DNA of 64,000 nucleotides from a virus, in IMG/VR virus record IMGVR_UViG_3300010259_000001, positions 1 through 64,000 of that record. One strand, written 5' to 3'. A program made the translations under genes and the position numbers. The stretch's first letter is position 1. Each line of letters starts with the position of its first letter. A model generated the notes under the pieces. It was not told the origin of the DNA, made no database searches, and saw only the letters and a list, made by a program, of their open reading frames with translations. Below are positions 8,813 through 20,800 of the stretch, piece by piece.

Positions 8813-11800
8813 TTATCTATTGGGTTGCTGCATTGGGATATACTTCTGTGTGAAGCCCTGCATCACTGTACCAAGACTATTCATTGCGTCGGCGCGTGTA
8901 GAAGCATCGGGGGCTTCAAGCACTTTCACCATAGCCGATTTATAGTCAAGGACTGCCTGTCTGCACAATGCAGCTTCATCGGGTGTCTTGGCTCCAAGAT
9001 AGAACTTCACTATCTTATTGAAATTGCCATCCATCTGCTTGAACATCTGATAAGTTGCAAAGGCGTTGGGGTCGCTCTGTGCTTCTGCCATCAGTTGTGC
9101 TGCCTCCACATAATCGGTCTTCGCCATTTTCTTGGCTTCTTTCACCTTGGCATCAACACCCTTATACACTTCCTCGTATTGCAGGTAGGCTTCGTTCACT
9201 TTGTCATCGCCCATCTGCTCGGTGCGTTCTTTGATGGTCTTGTTTGCCTTGTCGGTAAACTTCTTGATGCGCTCCTCGTCACCCCATGACCAAGGAGAGA
9301 AGAAACGACCACGCTTCACCTTGAACTGGGCATAACGCTCTGCAAGTTGTGCAGGGGTGTACTTGCTCACTTCGTCACCGCTCAAACCAACCTCGTCGAA
9401 ATACATCTTGTCGATTTGGCTCTGCGGTACTTGCAAGATGCGAGAAATACAGATGATTGCCTCGTGTGCCAGTGTTGGGTCGTCACCACAAGCGTCCATG
9501 ATAGACAGGGCTACGTCGGTAATGCTCTGTGGGTTCACACCGAGACCTGCTTGAACAATGAGGTTAATCATGTCATTCAGTGCCTCTGTGTGCTGACCAT
9601 TGCCCAATTTTTGGAACGCTGCCATGATGTCGCTTGTCAGCGGCATGTCCTTACTCAGATAGGCAGGGTTACCCTCACCAGTAAGCATCATCTGTCCTGC
9701 TTGGCTCATAAGGTCGCCACCTGTCAGACCCTCGACACTGCCAAATGTGGTATGCGCCCAAACATCATCCCACATCTTCTGCTTCTCGTCTTCATCATCG
9801 CCGAACAGCAGGTATGGCAGATATGCACCCAAGTTCCATGCAAGCTGCATAATGTAGCCGAATGTGGCAACGCGCAGGGTATCTTTCAGCAACTGCCGTC
9901 TGAACTTGCGCTTGGCAACCTGCTCCTCACGTTGCCAATCAGCGTCTGACCAATTACCGTCTGTTTGTGGCTCAATACCCTTGTCACGCAACAGCTGCTT
10001 TGTCATAAACTCGATGCTTCCTGCTCGCCCTCCCGGTGTGAGATTGTGCTTGAAGTTACGGAGTGCATCATGCAACTGTCGCTGATAAGACATAGAGGCA
10101 TTGCGGAACACTGTGAACAACACGGACAACCAAGACCTATCAACCTGCATCGTCGAGGTAAATGCACCCTCGCTTGACTGCTGGGTCTGATTGTAAAGCA
10201 CCTCTGCATCCTGCACGGCTTTCTTCTCTGCGTCGGCTTCGCTGTAACCATCACGCAGGTATTGGGCAAGGCGTGTCTGATACATCGAATGTGCGCCGAT
10301 GCTGACAGTAAGAGCATCGACAAAAGCATTAGGAGACATACCTGCACGGCTTGCAAGTTGCATGAGGCGTGTGCGCCACATCTTCCAGTCCATATCTGAT
10401 TTCAACAGGCGTGGGTCGCCACTCATACGGCTACGCCAACGCTCGCTGAAGATTGGCAGATGCTCCATGCTCCACTTCCATGCTCCAGCAGGGTTGGCAA
10501 TGTTCCTCAACAAGTAGTCGGTTCTTGCTTCGGGTATGTATGCCGGCATGGAAAGGAACTGCTTTAAGGCTGTAAACATTCTGAACGACACCTTTGCTGC
10601 CGTTACACCCTTGGCGAAGTTCACTGCGGCTTCATCCAACTTGGTACGCGGCGGTCTGTAGGTTCCTGCTGCCATTTGGCAAACGTCGTTAAATTTCTTC
10701 CACAACTCTTTACCACTGCCGTAGATGGTAGTCATGTTCTGAACTTGGTTACGGAAACGCTTGTAGGTGCGCAGCGTGTTGATGTCGCGGTTAAACTCTG
10801 CAAAGGCGTTCCAGTGTTCCATCTGTGCCACATGGTCAAGTATCACGCTCAATGCGTCTGCACCTGTAATGTCAAGGGCAAGGGCATTGCGTCTGCGCTT
10901 GATAATGCTGCCAGTAGCGGTGCTGATGCCGTCACTCTTGTCGGGATTGTCAAGGTCTTCGGGCTTATCGGCACGGGCATTGGCAAGTATCTTCAATGGG
11001 AAGTAATGCTCAATAGCGGCCATGGAAGCACCGAACATTCGCTTGTGCGTCTCGTTGTACTCGTTGCGCGTCTGCACAAGGAACTCGTCTTGCAGCCAGT
11101 CGGCAAGTTCTATCAATCGTGGGTCAAGCACTTCTTCGATGTCTGCCACATTCTCCTCGGTGATACCCATCTTGCGCAACTTCATACGTCCGTCAAGCAT
11201 CTTGTTCACAATGTAGATATACATGAGGTTGCCTTGCGTCAGTTCGCGCTCCTGCATTTCACCACCGTTCCAAAACGACACTGTGCCTTTTGGCAGTTTG
11301 CCGACACTACGGATAAGGTCGCCCCACGTCTTCACCTTGCCACCGAACAACTCTGCTGCTTTGGCATCAAGGATGGCGTATTTGTCGCGCACACCGTTTA
11401 TTTCTTGCTGACGTGCATCAATCCAGCCTCTCATGAAGCGGTTATACAGGTAGCCCTCGCCGTTGGCACTCTTGCCTCCGAACATTCTCAACATCTGGTC
11501 AAAGGTGGCGAGAGGAGCAAACAGGAACGATACAAATGAGTTGTTGACGAACTTGTCAGCAAATGTCGGCTTATAATGTTCGTCGCTCGGTCTGCCCTCC
11601 ATGTCGCTGTTGGCATTGTGCTGTATCTCGCGGATGCGCTGTTTCTCGGCTTCCTTGAAGTCCTTGGCGTTGGCAATGCTCTCGCGGAGGCTGTCAGACA
11701 ACCTGCCTACAAGGTCGAAGTAACTCTGCGCTCTCTCAATCTTGTTCTGACGGATAGCCTCTTGCAGACTGGCAATGTACTGGCGGTAACTGTCGGTGGC

Positions 11801-14800
11801 ACGGTCGCGCTCGCTGGCATCGTCATGTGCCTGTTTGATTTCCTCACGCAGTTTGCGCTCCTCTACCTTGCTGTCCTTGATGTTCTCGGCATACTCCAGT
11901 GCAAGTTGCAGTCCTGTGTACTCCAATGCTGCTTCATCGGCTACTGCCACATCGCTGCTGCCCATACGCTGCTGTGCCTCGCTGATGGCTTCCTCGATGT
12001 CGGTCTTCTCCCATCCGCGTGTCTTCTTAAACACTTTCATGGTGTGCGCTCCGGCTGGGTCGAGTTGACCTTGCACCTCAACACCTCTTGCATCTACTTT
12101 GCTGCCTCTGATGGCTTCAAGTTCGTGCAGGGTGTCCTCGGCGTGCTTCAACTGATTGTCCACCATGATGTCCATCACCTTTTGCACATCACCCTCGATG
12201 TCATTGTGTCCTACGCTGTTCTTTACGGCTGCAAGCAAGCGTTTCACTTCCTGCTGAGTCAGTCCGTTCAGATAGCCGTTATTCATCAGCACACGCGCAA
12301 GGTCGGCGACACGTTTCACGGTGGTCATGTCAAAGGTACGCTGGAGGCTCATTGCCTTGCGCAAGTCGGAGAGGTTGCCACCGATGGCACGCATTGCATC
12401 ATTGCGCAACGTCTTGTTGTCACGATGATTGTTAGCCAGTCGGGTTGCTGCTGCCGTGATACGCTCCTGCAAACCTAAACTTTGGTCGTTCCAAATGTCT
12501 TCCGTCTCGTCCGGGTCACGGAACAAATCGGTACTTTCGTCGGCAATTTTGCTCTCATCAAGAATTTTTTTGCCACTATCGTATGACTTTTCAAGATTAT
12601 TTAGTAACTTTACACCGCTCACGAATACATCAGAAACGTTTGAGCGACCATTAGGAGTGTTGGATTGTTCATCCAGCACTTCTATTTTTGTAACCTCGTA
12701 GGTATAGTGCCCATTCGCTTTCTGTGGGTTCTCGTATTCTTTCATCGTGGTCTTTACACGATATATTTCATCACCTATCCTTACTGCGGCAGCGAAACGG
12801 TGCATTAGGATACCTTTATTAAATCCATTGTCCCACTTACGTTCACCATCTTTTTTCTTAATGTCGGGGTGTTCTTCAATCTCAATACTCTCATTGATAA
12901 CCTTATCCAACTTATCCATGACAGCCGCATGAACACCGATATTATCACTGTCACTTGCATGATTTGCAGCCTCTGTCAAAGACTTCGGACTAATTACATA
13001 GTCAAAAGTTGCTCCAAGGTTGTCATAATGCAATGATTTCAATTCACGTTTTTTCCCGTCACCAAACGAAGAGTATCTATCAATAGCGGCATCACGTGCT
13101 TGTGTTAGAACATCTCGACCTTGATATTGGTGACGAGGAACTTCAACGACTTTGAATTTCGCGCCATTAAGACCAGGCATAACCGTTCCTCTGTTTTCAA
13201 CGGCTCGTCTCTGACGCGCCTTGAAAGTCTCGGGAGCATCACCCATGTTGTAACGCGCCTCATCAGTCAACCCAAGTTCCTCACGCTTCACGATGTCACG
13301 CGCAAGGTCAATTGGGTGTTCCTTGCCACGCTCCAAACGCTCCTTGCTGCGCCACAAGATGTAACGCAGTTCGTTGTCGCCAAGTTCAAACCACTTTGGC
13401 AACTTCAACGATCCAAGGAACTTGTCAAGCAATCTGCGGACGGTGGCTTTGATTTTCTGCCATAAGGTACGCTCGCCCTCGCTGAACTCCTCAAACGGTT
13501 TCTCTGCCATGCGTCCAAACAACTCGTCAACAGCGGTGCGTCTGTGCTGCTCGTAACTCTTGGCACGCTTTCCGTTCTTGGTCGTATCGTCGATAAAGGC
13601 ACGACCTGCAGCATCATCAACGCCTTTTTTCAAGTCGTCGCGCAAATGCTGATAGGTCTCGTCAAGGAACTCGTCATAGTTTTCTTCACCGACAAGTTCA
13701 CGCAAACCCTTATGGGCAATAGTCTCATGCCCGACACTGGCTTTCACATCGTCAATGTTTTTGTTGTTGTCAAGAACGATGTTCACCTGTCCTGTGGCTG
13801 TGTCATACCAGCCTTTGGACTTGCGCCTACGCTCTTGCACCGCTGCATTGGGGTGTGTGATTTCGTTCACGTCCTCAATGATATTGATGTCCGTATGCAA
13901 CTTCTCACCCATCTGCTGAACGGCACTGCGCATCATGTCGCGGTCTTCCTGCATGGTACGCTTCACCTTGGCGTTAAGTGCTTCCACCTGTTTGTCAGTG
14001 ATGGCACCAGCCTGTCGCTGTTGAGGCTCACGACCTGCGGCTTCTACCATTGCATCAACCTCACTCGGTTTAAGAATGCGGTTTACTTTCATGGCACCAG
14101 TGATAACCCAAGGGTCTGTGTTCGGGTCGGGATTGGTGCGATACCTGTATGAGCCGTTTTCGGGCAGTCGTGGCAGACCTGCAAGCGAGTGTTGGAACTT
14201 TCCGCTTGCGTTCATGCCGTAACTCATGGCTTCCTCTTGGTAGTCCACATCGTTCGCATACTCCACCTCTGCCCACACAAAGTTTGCAGGGAACAACTCG
14301 CGCTGTCCTGTTTCGGGGTTCATGCGGTTGAACTGGAGTGCATAAGGTATCTCGCCCAAGTGCCAACCGGGACGGTATGCCAACTTGCCGCTACCTCCCT
14401 GTGTTCCCTTGCCACCTGCCTTAACCTGCTGGCGACCTGTCTTTGTAACACCTGCAACTGGGGCGGCATCTGCATCAAGCCATACACCCACTGGGGTAGC
14501 CTCACCGTTCGGGTTTGCTACCATAGGAGGATAAAGTTTGCCATCTTTCAACACAAACACCTTATAGCCGATACCTGTCTTTGTAGGTGGCTCGTCCTCG
14601 CGGATGCGGTACTTTGCGGTGTCCTCTGTTACATCGTCGCTGTCTTCGTCAGAAAGTTGTACGCCCTTTGCAGCTTCAACAGAAGCATCCATTTCGGCAT
14701 ACTTGGCTTCTTTCTCTGCCATTTCCGCTTTCATCAGTTCCTCATACTCGGCAAGTTTCTCTTTGGCTTGCTTCAACTCGTCGGCATACTCAAACGGTTT

Positions 14801-17800
14801 GCCGTCACGCGCCTCCACTTGCTGCAACTCACCTTTGTATCTTTCTGCGGCTCTATCGGCATACTCTGCCTTTTCGCGGAAATCATCACCGCTCAACACG
14901 TTTTCGAGAATGTCCTCCAGCGCAGACTTCAAACGCTGACCATCTACTGGCACGTCTTCAAGTCCGAGTTCGGGGCAGGAATATGTCATTTGAGTTTTAG
15001 AGAAGAACGACAATGAGAGTTGTCCTTTCTCCTGCTTCTGCTCTTTACTGATAACACGATGGATATGGAAGTCAAAGCCTCCGACACTAACAGTAAGGTC
15101 GCTCTTGGCTTCGGATTTATAACCCGATGCTGTACGCACCTGCTCCTGCTGCTCGCGCTGCTTACTGTTGTAATCTTTTAGATAATCAGTCATTGCGTCG
15201 AGTGACGGGAACTTCATTTTGCCAATGGTGATGCCATCGTTCTTTGCAGCCTCAACTCTTGCAAGGGCTTCTTTGTTGCGCTTTGCTCGTTCCTCACTAT
15301 CCTTAATGAGTGCTTTCAGACGTGGCTTCTGATTGTGAACGTATGTTTGGTCGGCTTCCCACTGTTTCTTGCGTGCCTCCAACTTCTTCACTTCTTTCTC
15401 CACTTGGTTTTTCAGCAGAGCGTACTGGCTACCCGACAACTGAGCCGTGATGTCGCCGAACAGGTCTTGTTCCTCCTCCAGCACACGGTTCTCCATTGAG
15501 TTGCTCATCATCTTCTTGCCCTCCATGATGCTGTCGGCTATCGCTCCCTTGGTCTTCAAACGTTGGTAAGCGGTAACGTCGAGGCTATCTTCTACACCGA
15601 AACGCAGTACACGAACAGGTATTCCCCATTCGTTATGCAGGTTGCCTTGGCGCAAAATACGTCCATTGCGCTGAGTGTAGTCCATTGGGCGGTTAGGCGC
15701 GTCAACATGGATGAGGGTGTGCAGACGCTCTTGGATGTTCACACCAGTGCCAAGCGTAAAGGTGCTGCCCATGATAACACGGACTTCACCACGGTTCACC
15801 TTATCGAAGATTTCAAGTTTCTTCTTGATGCTCATGCCGGACTTCATCACAACAACTTGGGCTTCGGGTACACCTGCATCAATGAGTTTCTTGCGAATGT
15901 CCTCATAAAGGTTAAAGCCTGTCGCTTTGTTCTGATAGTTGTCCGCGAAGATGGCAACAGTGCCGTTATATTCCTTGGTGTCTTCAAGACTGCGAAGTGT
16001 CTGACGCACGGCTTCATTGGTCTTGCTGTTCGGCTCGTCTGCTGCATCTTCAAGTACAAGACGTGCATCAACGGCCGCTGCTTTGGCAATACCATACATG
16101 ACAAGAGGAATGTGGCTGTTCTCTTTCTTCTCCTTGCCACTCATCTTCTCGTAATCGTCGAGTTGGTCTTTCACGAACTTCATCACACCACGCAGGGCTT
16201 TCGTCTGTGGCAAATAGATGTCCTGTGCCTTTTCACCGTCCATCTTTGGTATCTTGTCACTCACGCCTCCAGCCTCACGTGTCAGCACGGTGTCGGCGAC
16301 ACCTGCCCATATACGCACAAGTTCGGGGAGGTTTACATAACCTGCAAAGCGGTTGTTCTCCTTATACTTGCCGTTGGTGGAAAATTCCAGCATCTGTTGG
16401 ATATTGCCGAAGTTGCGCACGAAGTCGTCGAAATAATAGATGCCATACTCGCGCATGGTGTCGGCTGGCATGAGATAGCGCATGAACGTCCATATCTCTG
16501 CTGCGGTGTTGCTGATAGGCGTACCAGTGGCAAACACCACATTCTTGCCGTTCTTGTTCTCCAGCACGGCTTGCGTCTTCAGATATACACCTTGCGACTT
16601 CTTGCTATATGATGGGTCAACACCTTTCACACCGCGCTGCATAGCAGTAGCAAAGCCGAGGTGCTTATATTCGTGTGCCTCGTCAATGAGCAGGGCATCT
16701 ATGCCCATATCATCGAAGTTGGCAACATCGTCAGTCTCGCGGTCGAGCATTTCCTGTGCCTTGACCATCGCGTTCTGCCTTGTCTTGGCTTCGCGCTTCT
16801 CGTCCTTTTCGGTATTGCCACCTGACTTGCGTTCCTGCAATGCCAGTTTAAGGTCGTTCAGTTCGTCGTTGAGTTGGTCTAACTCACGCTGGGCTTGACG
16901 CAATACTGGGTCGCGGTCGTCATTGGCTGCTTCACGCATTTTCTCCAGTACCATCATCTTCTCTTCCACCTTGTCCTCGACAAAGCGAATTTGACGCTCC
17001 TCGCTGTCGGGGATGCGCTCAAACACAGACTGAGGCACCACAATCATGTCCCAATCGTTGTAACGTATCTTGGCATAGAAGTTTCGTCTTCCCTCGGCGT
17101 TGCGGTCTGCATCTTCAAGGGTCAGTATCTTGGCATTGGGGTAGAGTGCCTTTGCACTGGCGACAAACTGTCCTACGGTAGCGTTCTGCACAACAATCAT
17201 TGGCTTGCGTGCTGTACCAAGACGGCGCATTTCCATTGCTGTGCTGATGAGGGTGTATGTCTTACCTGTACCGACTTCATGAGCCAGCATCAGCGGTTGT
17301 GTCGTTGCACGGATAACGGCTTTTGCTTGGTGCGGACGCAACTTGAATGGTTTACCATTAACAACGGTGGCTGCACCTCCGAAATGCTCCGGCACAAAAT
17401 CGTCGGGAATTTCCTTTGGTACGCTGTTGTTGAACAGTTCATTATAGACACGCTCCATGCGTTCCGACATTTCGGGGTCGCCCTGCATCTTGCCACGCGC
17501 CCAGTCTTTGAAGTCTTGGCGTATCTCGTCAATCTTGTTGGCACAAGCCATCGTCGCCTCTTTGTCCACAATGGTCTCTGTGGTCTTGCTGCTTCCGTAG
17601 CCTGTGGAAATAGTCTTGGTAACGCTGATACTCTTGCAGGTGATAGCAGCTTTGATAAGTTCATGTCCGAGAATGGTCTTGTCACACTTCTCACTGATAA
17701 CACCCATTGCCTTGTTCTGCTCGGTGTTCGTATAGTATGGCTCACTCATTATCCATGTACCACCTGCATTTGTCAACTTCACGTCAAGCCCGGTGCGCTC

Positions 17801-20800
17801 CTTTACGAAATCTTCATATAGTTTTGGCTCAACCCATGACGAGCCAAGTGTAAACTCAATGAGGTGTGCAGGAATGTTCATCGGGATAACACGCTCCAGT
17901 GCTTTGATGTTTGCATCATAACGTCCGTCCGTGTTGTTCTCTTGGGCTTGGCGCAACTTCTCACGAACATTGCCACTGAGATATTCATACGACACTTCCA
18001 TTTCGGTTGTGGTCGGGTTCTCGAAGCCAAGTCCACTTTCAATAATCTGCTGGCGCACATCGCTGTCGCTCATGTTCAACTGCTCGGCGATATATGGAAC
18101 ATCGACACGTCCGTTAAGATAGATGCTGGCAATGATGCCGTCTTTAATGGTTGTTGGCTTCGGCTCGCTCTCGGTCTCCACGACACGACGGCTGAAAATG
18201 TCAGTCTTGCCGTAGGTGACAATACGCTTTCCGCTCTTGTCGCCTGTCTCACTCACACTTTCCAATGCGGCAATACTTGGGTAATCCATATCGCTGCGCA
18301 GGAAAGAAATGGAAGTGTTCTTGTTCAGATGTCCGTAGGTCTTGACAAAACTGTCGTATGCCTTGTTCAACTTGGCAAGACGCTGTTGCAAACCGCTATC
18401 GTCGCTGTGGGTAGTCTGATACTCCAACACGTCGGCAAGAGCATCCTTGATAGCCTTGTAAGCGTTGAAACACTCTGCCTTGGTGTGTCCCTTAACCTTG
18501 TTGGCATTGACGTTGATAGGCACGGCTTTTCCTCTCTGTGCAAGACACAGATTGCCGTCGCTGTCAAGTAACATGCTGCCCTCCTTGACATCTTCACCCA
18601 AATCTTCATACACTACCTGCTGGCTCTCGCGCTCCTCGGCTTTGTCCCAGTCCATATCCTTGAACTGCTGCGCCCACTCTGACAGACGCTGCTCTTGGTT
18701 GATGCTCGGACTTGGATAGAGTGCCTTGCTGGTTGCACGATAGGTGTCACCTTTCTCAAATGCGAAAGCCATTTCACCTGCCATGTCTTCGGGATGTTCC
18801 ACAAAGTGCTTGTTCACGTCAAGCGCAAGGTCTTTGACTATTACCTCACTGCTGCCACGCTTTGTTTCACCTGTGTTGTACTTCACGGTGCGGATGGGCA
18901 GTGTGCCGCTCACGTCTATGGCGTTTGCACTCTTGCGACCATTCACGCGCTTGCGAATGACAATAATATCAGAGGTTGCGCCAGTACCACCGAATGTTTG
19001 GTTGTGCATACGGAAAGCACCGACAACATCTGCGCCTCCCTCATTTACCAACCATGTACGGAGTTTTGCGGAGTTCGGGCTGTCAAGTGTTCCGCTTGAC
19101 GTGATAAAGATGCCAACGCCTCCCTCTTTGAGTTTGCGCACATTCTTGGCAATACAGAAGTCGTGAATGTCATGGAACTTACGTGACAAATCCTTGTCGC
19201 CAGTCTCGTCCATCACACGCAAGCCTGTAACGAAAGGTACATTGGTGATAGCCAAATCAACACTTCCATTAGGAACAAATGTTTTCTCAAATCCTTTTAC
19301 CTCTACATTGGCATCGGGATAGAGCAGTGAGAGAATGTTTCCTGTGGTCTCGTCAATCTCTACTGCATGAATATTGCTTCGTTCGCTCATGTCAGTAGGC
19401 ATCAGACCGATAATGCTGCCGATACCGGCACTTCCCTCCAGTACGTTTCCACCACGGAAACCCATTGCTCGCGCAACATCCCACATGGCATCAATAACAG
19501 GTGCAGGAGTATAGTACGCACTGTTACGGCTCATGTTGGCTGCTTCGTATGCTTCGGGTGAAAGCAACTCACGCAGACGTGCGTTGATTGGGTTGGATGG
19601 CTGGTAGTCGTCGCGCAAACGTGGGTTGTAGCCACTGTCACCGCTACTTACTTTCTCTTTGAAAGCAGCACCCAAACCACCCCAACCGCTGAACTTGCGA
19701 AGCACAGACATATCTTCGGGAGTGGCTGGCTCGCCGCTCTCGATAAGACGCTGCATCGTCTCGATAGCCTTTATGTTGGCTTCGATACGTGCACTGGTGC
19801 CTTTAGGCGCGTAATCAGTTCCGCGCTCGGCATGATTGTTGTGGGTATTCTTTCGCTCGCTCTCTGCAAGGGGTGCAGGTTCGGGCTTGGCTGGCTTTAC
19901 ATTTTGCTTGCCATCAGATGGTTCAGATACTCGCGAGCCTCCTGCGGTGTCAGACTTAGTATCGTTTCCACTACGTCTAACCACTCCTCCTGCGTCAGGT
20001 CGCTCATCTTCATTTTGTTTGCTCTCTCCCAACGGCTCATTCTGTTCGCGTTGGTGTCCTCTTTCTCGCTCGGTAGTGCTGGTGCGAGGTTGTACGTGTA
20101 CTTCTTGCTCATTGCTCGTTGGTTTTAAGTCTTCACTGAACAAACCACTGAACAAATCGGGGATGGTTTGCTCCTGCAAAGATTCTGATTTTTTCTTAGA
20201 TTTACGCTCCTTTGACGGCTTTTCTTGCTGATTACCTGCATTTTCTGCTGCAATACGTTGTGCCATTGCAACGTAGTCCTCTGCCGGTAACCATTCTTGG
20301 CACACACTTCTGATGCCTTGCAGCATCTGTGGCATGGTAACATCAACAGGGAAAAAGTTGTTGGCGCGTAGATAGTCACGTCCACCATTCGGAAGATTTC
20401 TTTCGGGACGGAACATGATACCTTTCAGCACAAGGTTGTCACGATTGTTTTCATAATCGGGTTCCAGCATGAAGTCGATATACAACTCCACGCCCTTGTC
20501 GCGGTTCAACATGAAGCGCATGGTAACATCACCACCTGCAGGTGCGATGTTTGCCGTCACACTCTTTTGTTTCTTGCCCTTGGTATCATACACAACAGGG
20601 TCGCTGATGCCGAGTTCCTTTGTCAGTGTCTTAAACAACTCTGTGACATTCTTCACGGCTTTCTTCTCAGCATTGCGCATGTAGCCGTATGCCTCGTTGA
20701 AGTCGCTCTCCACTGGCTCTGCCTCATAGTAACCAAGCAATGCCAGTTGGTCGTTCACCTTGTCGATAGCATCGTCAATGTTCTTTGCAAGGTCGTTTAC

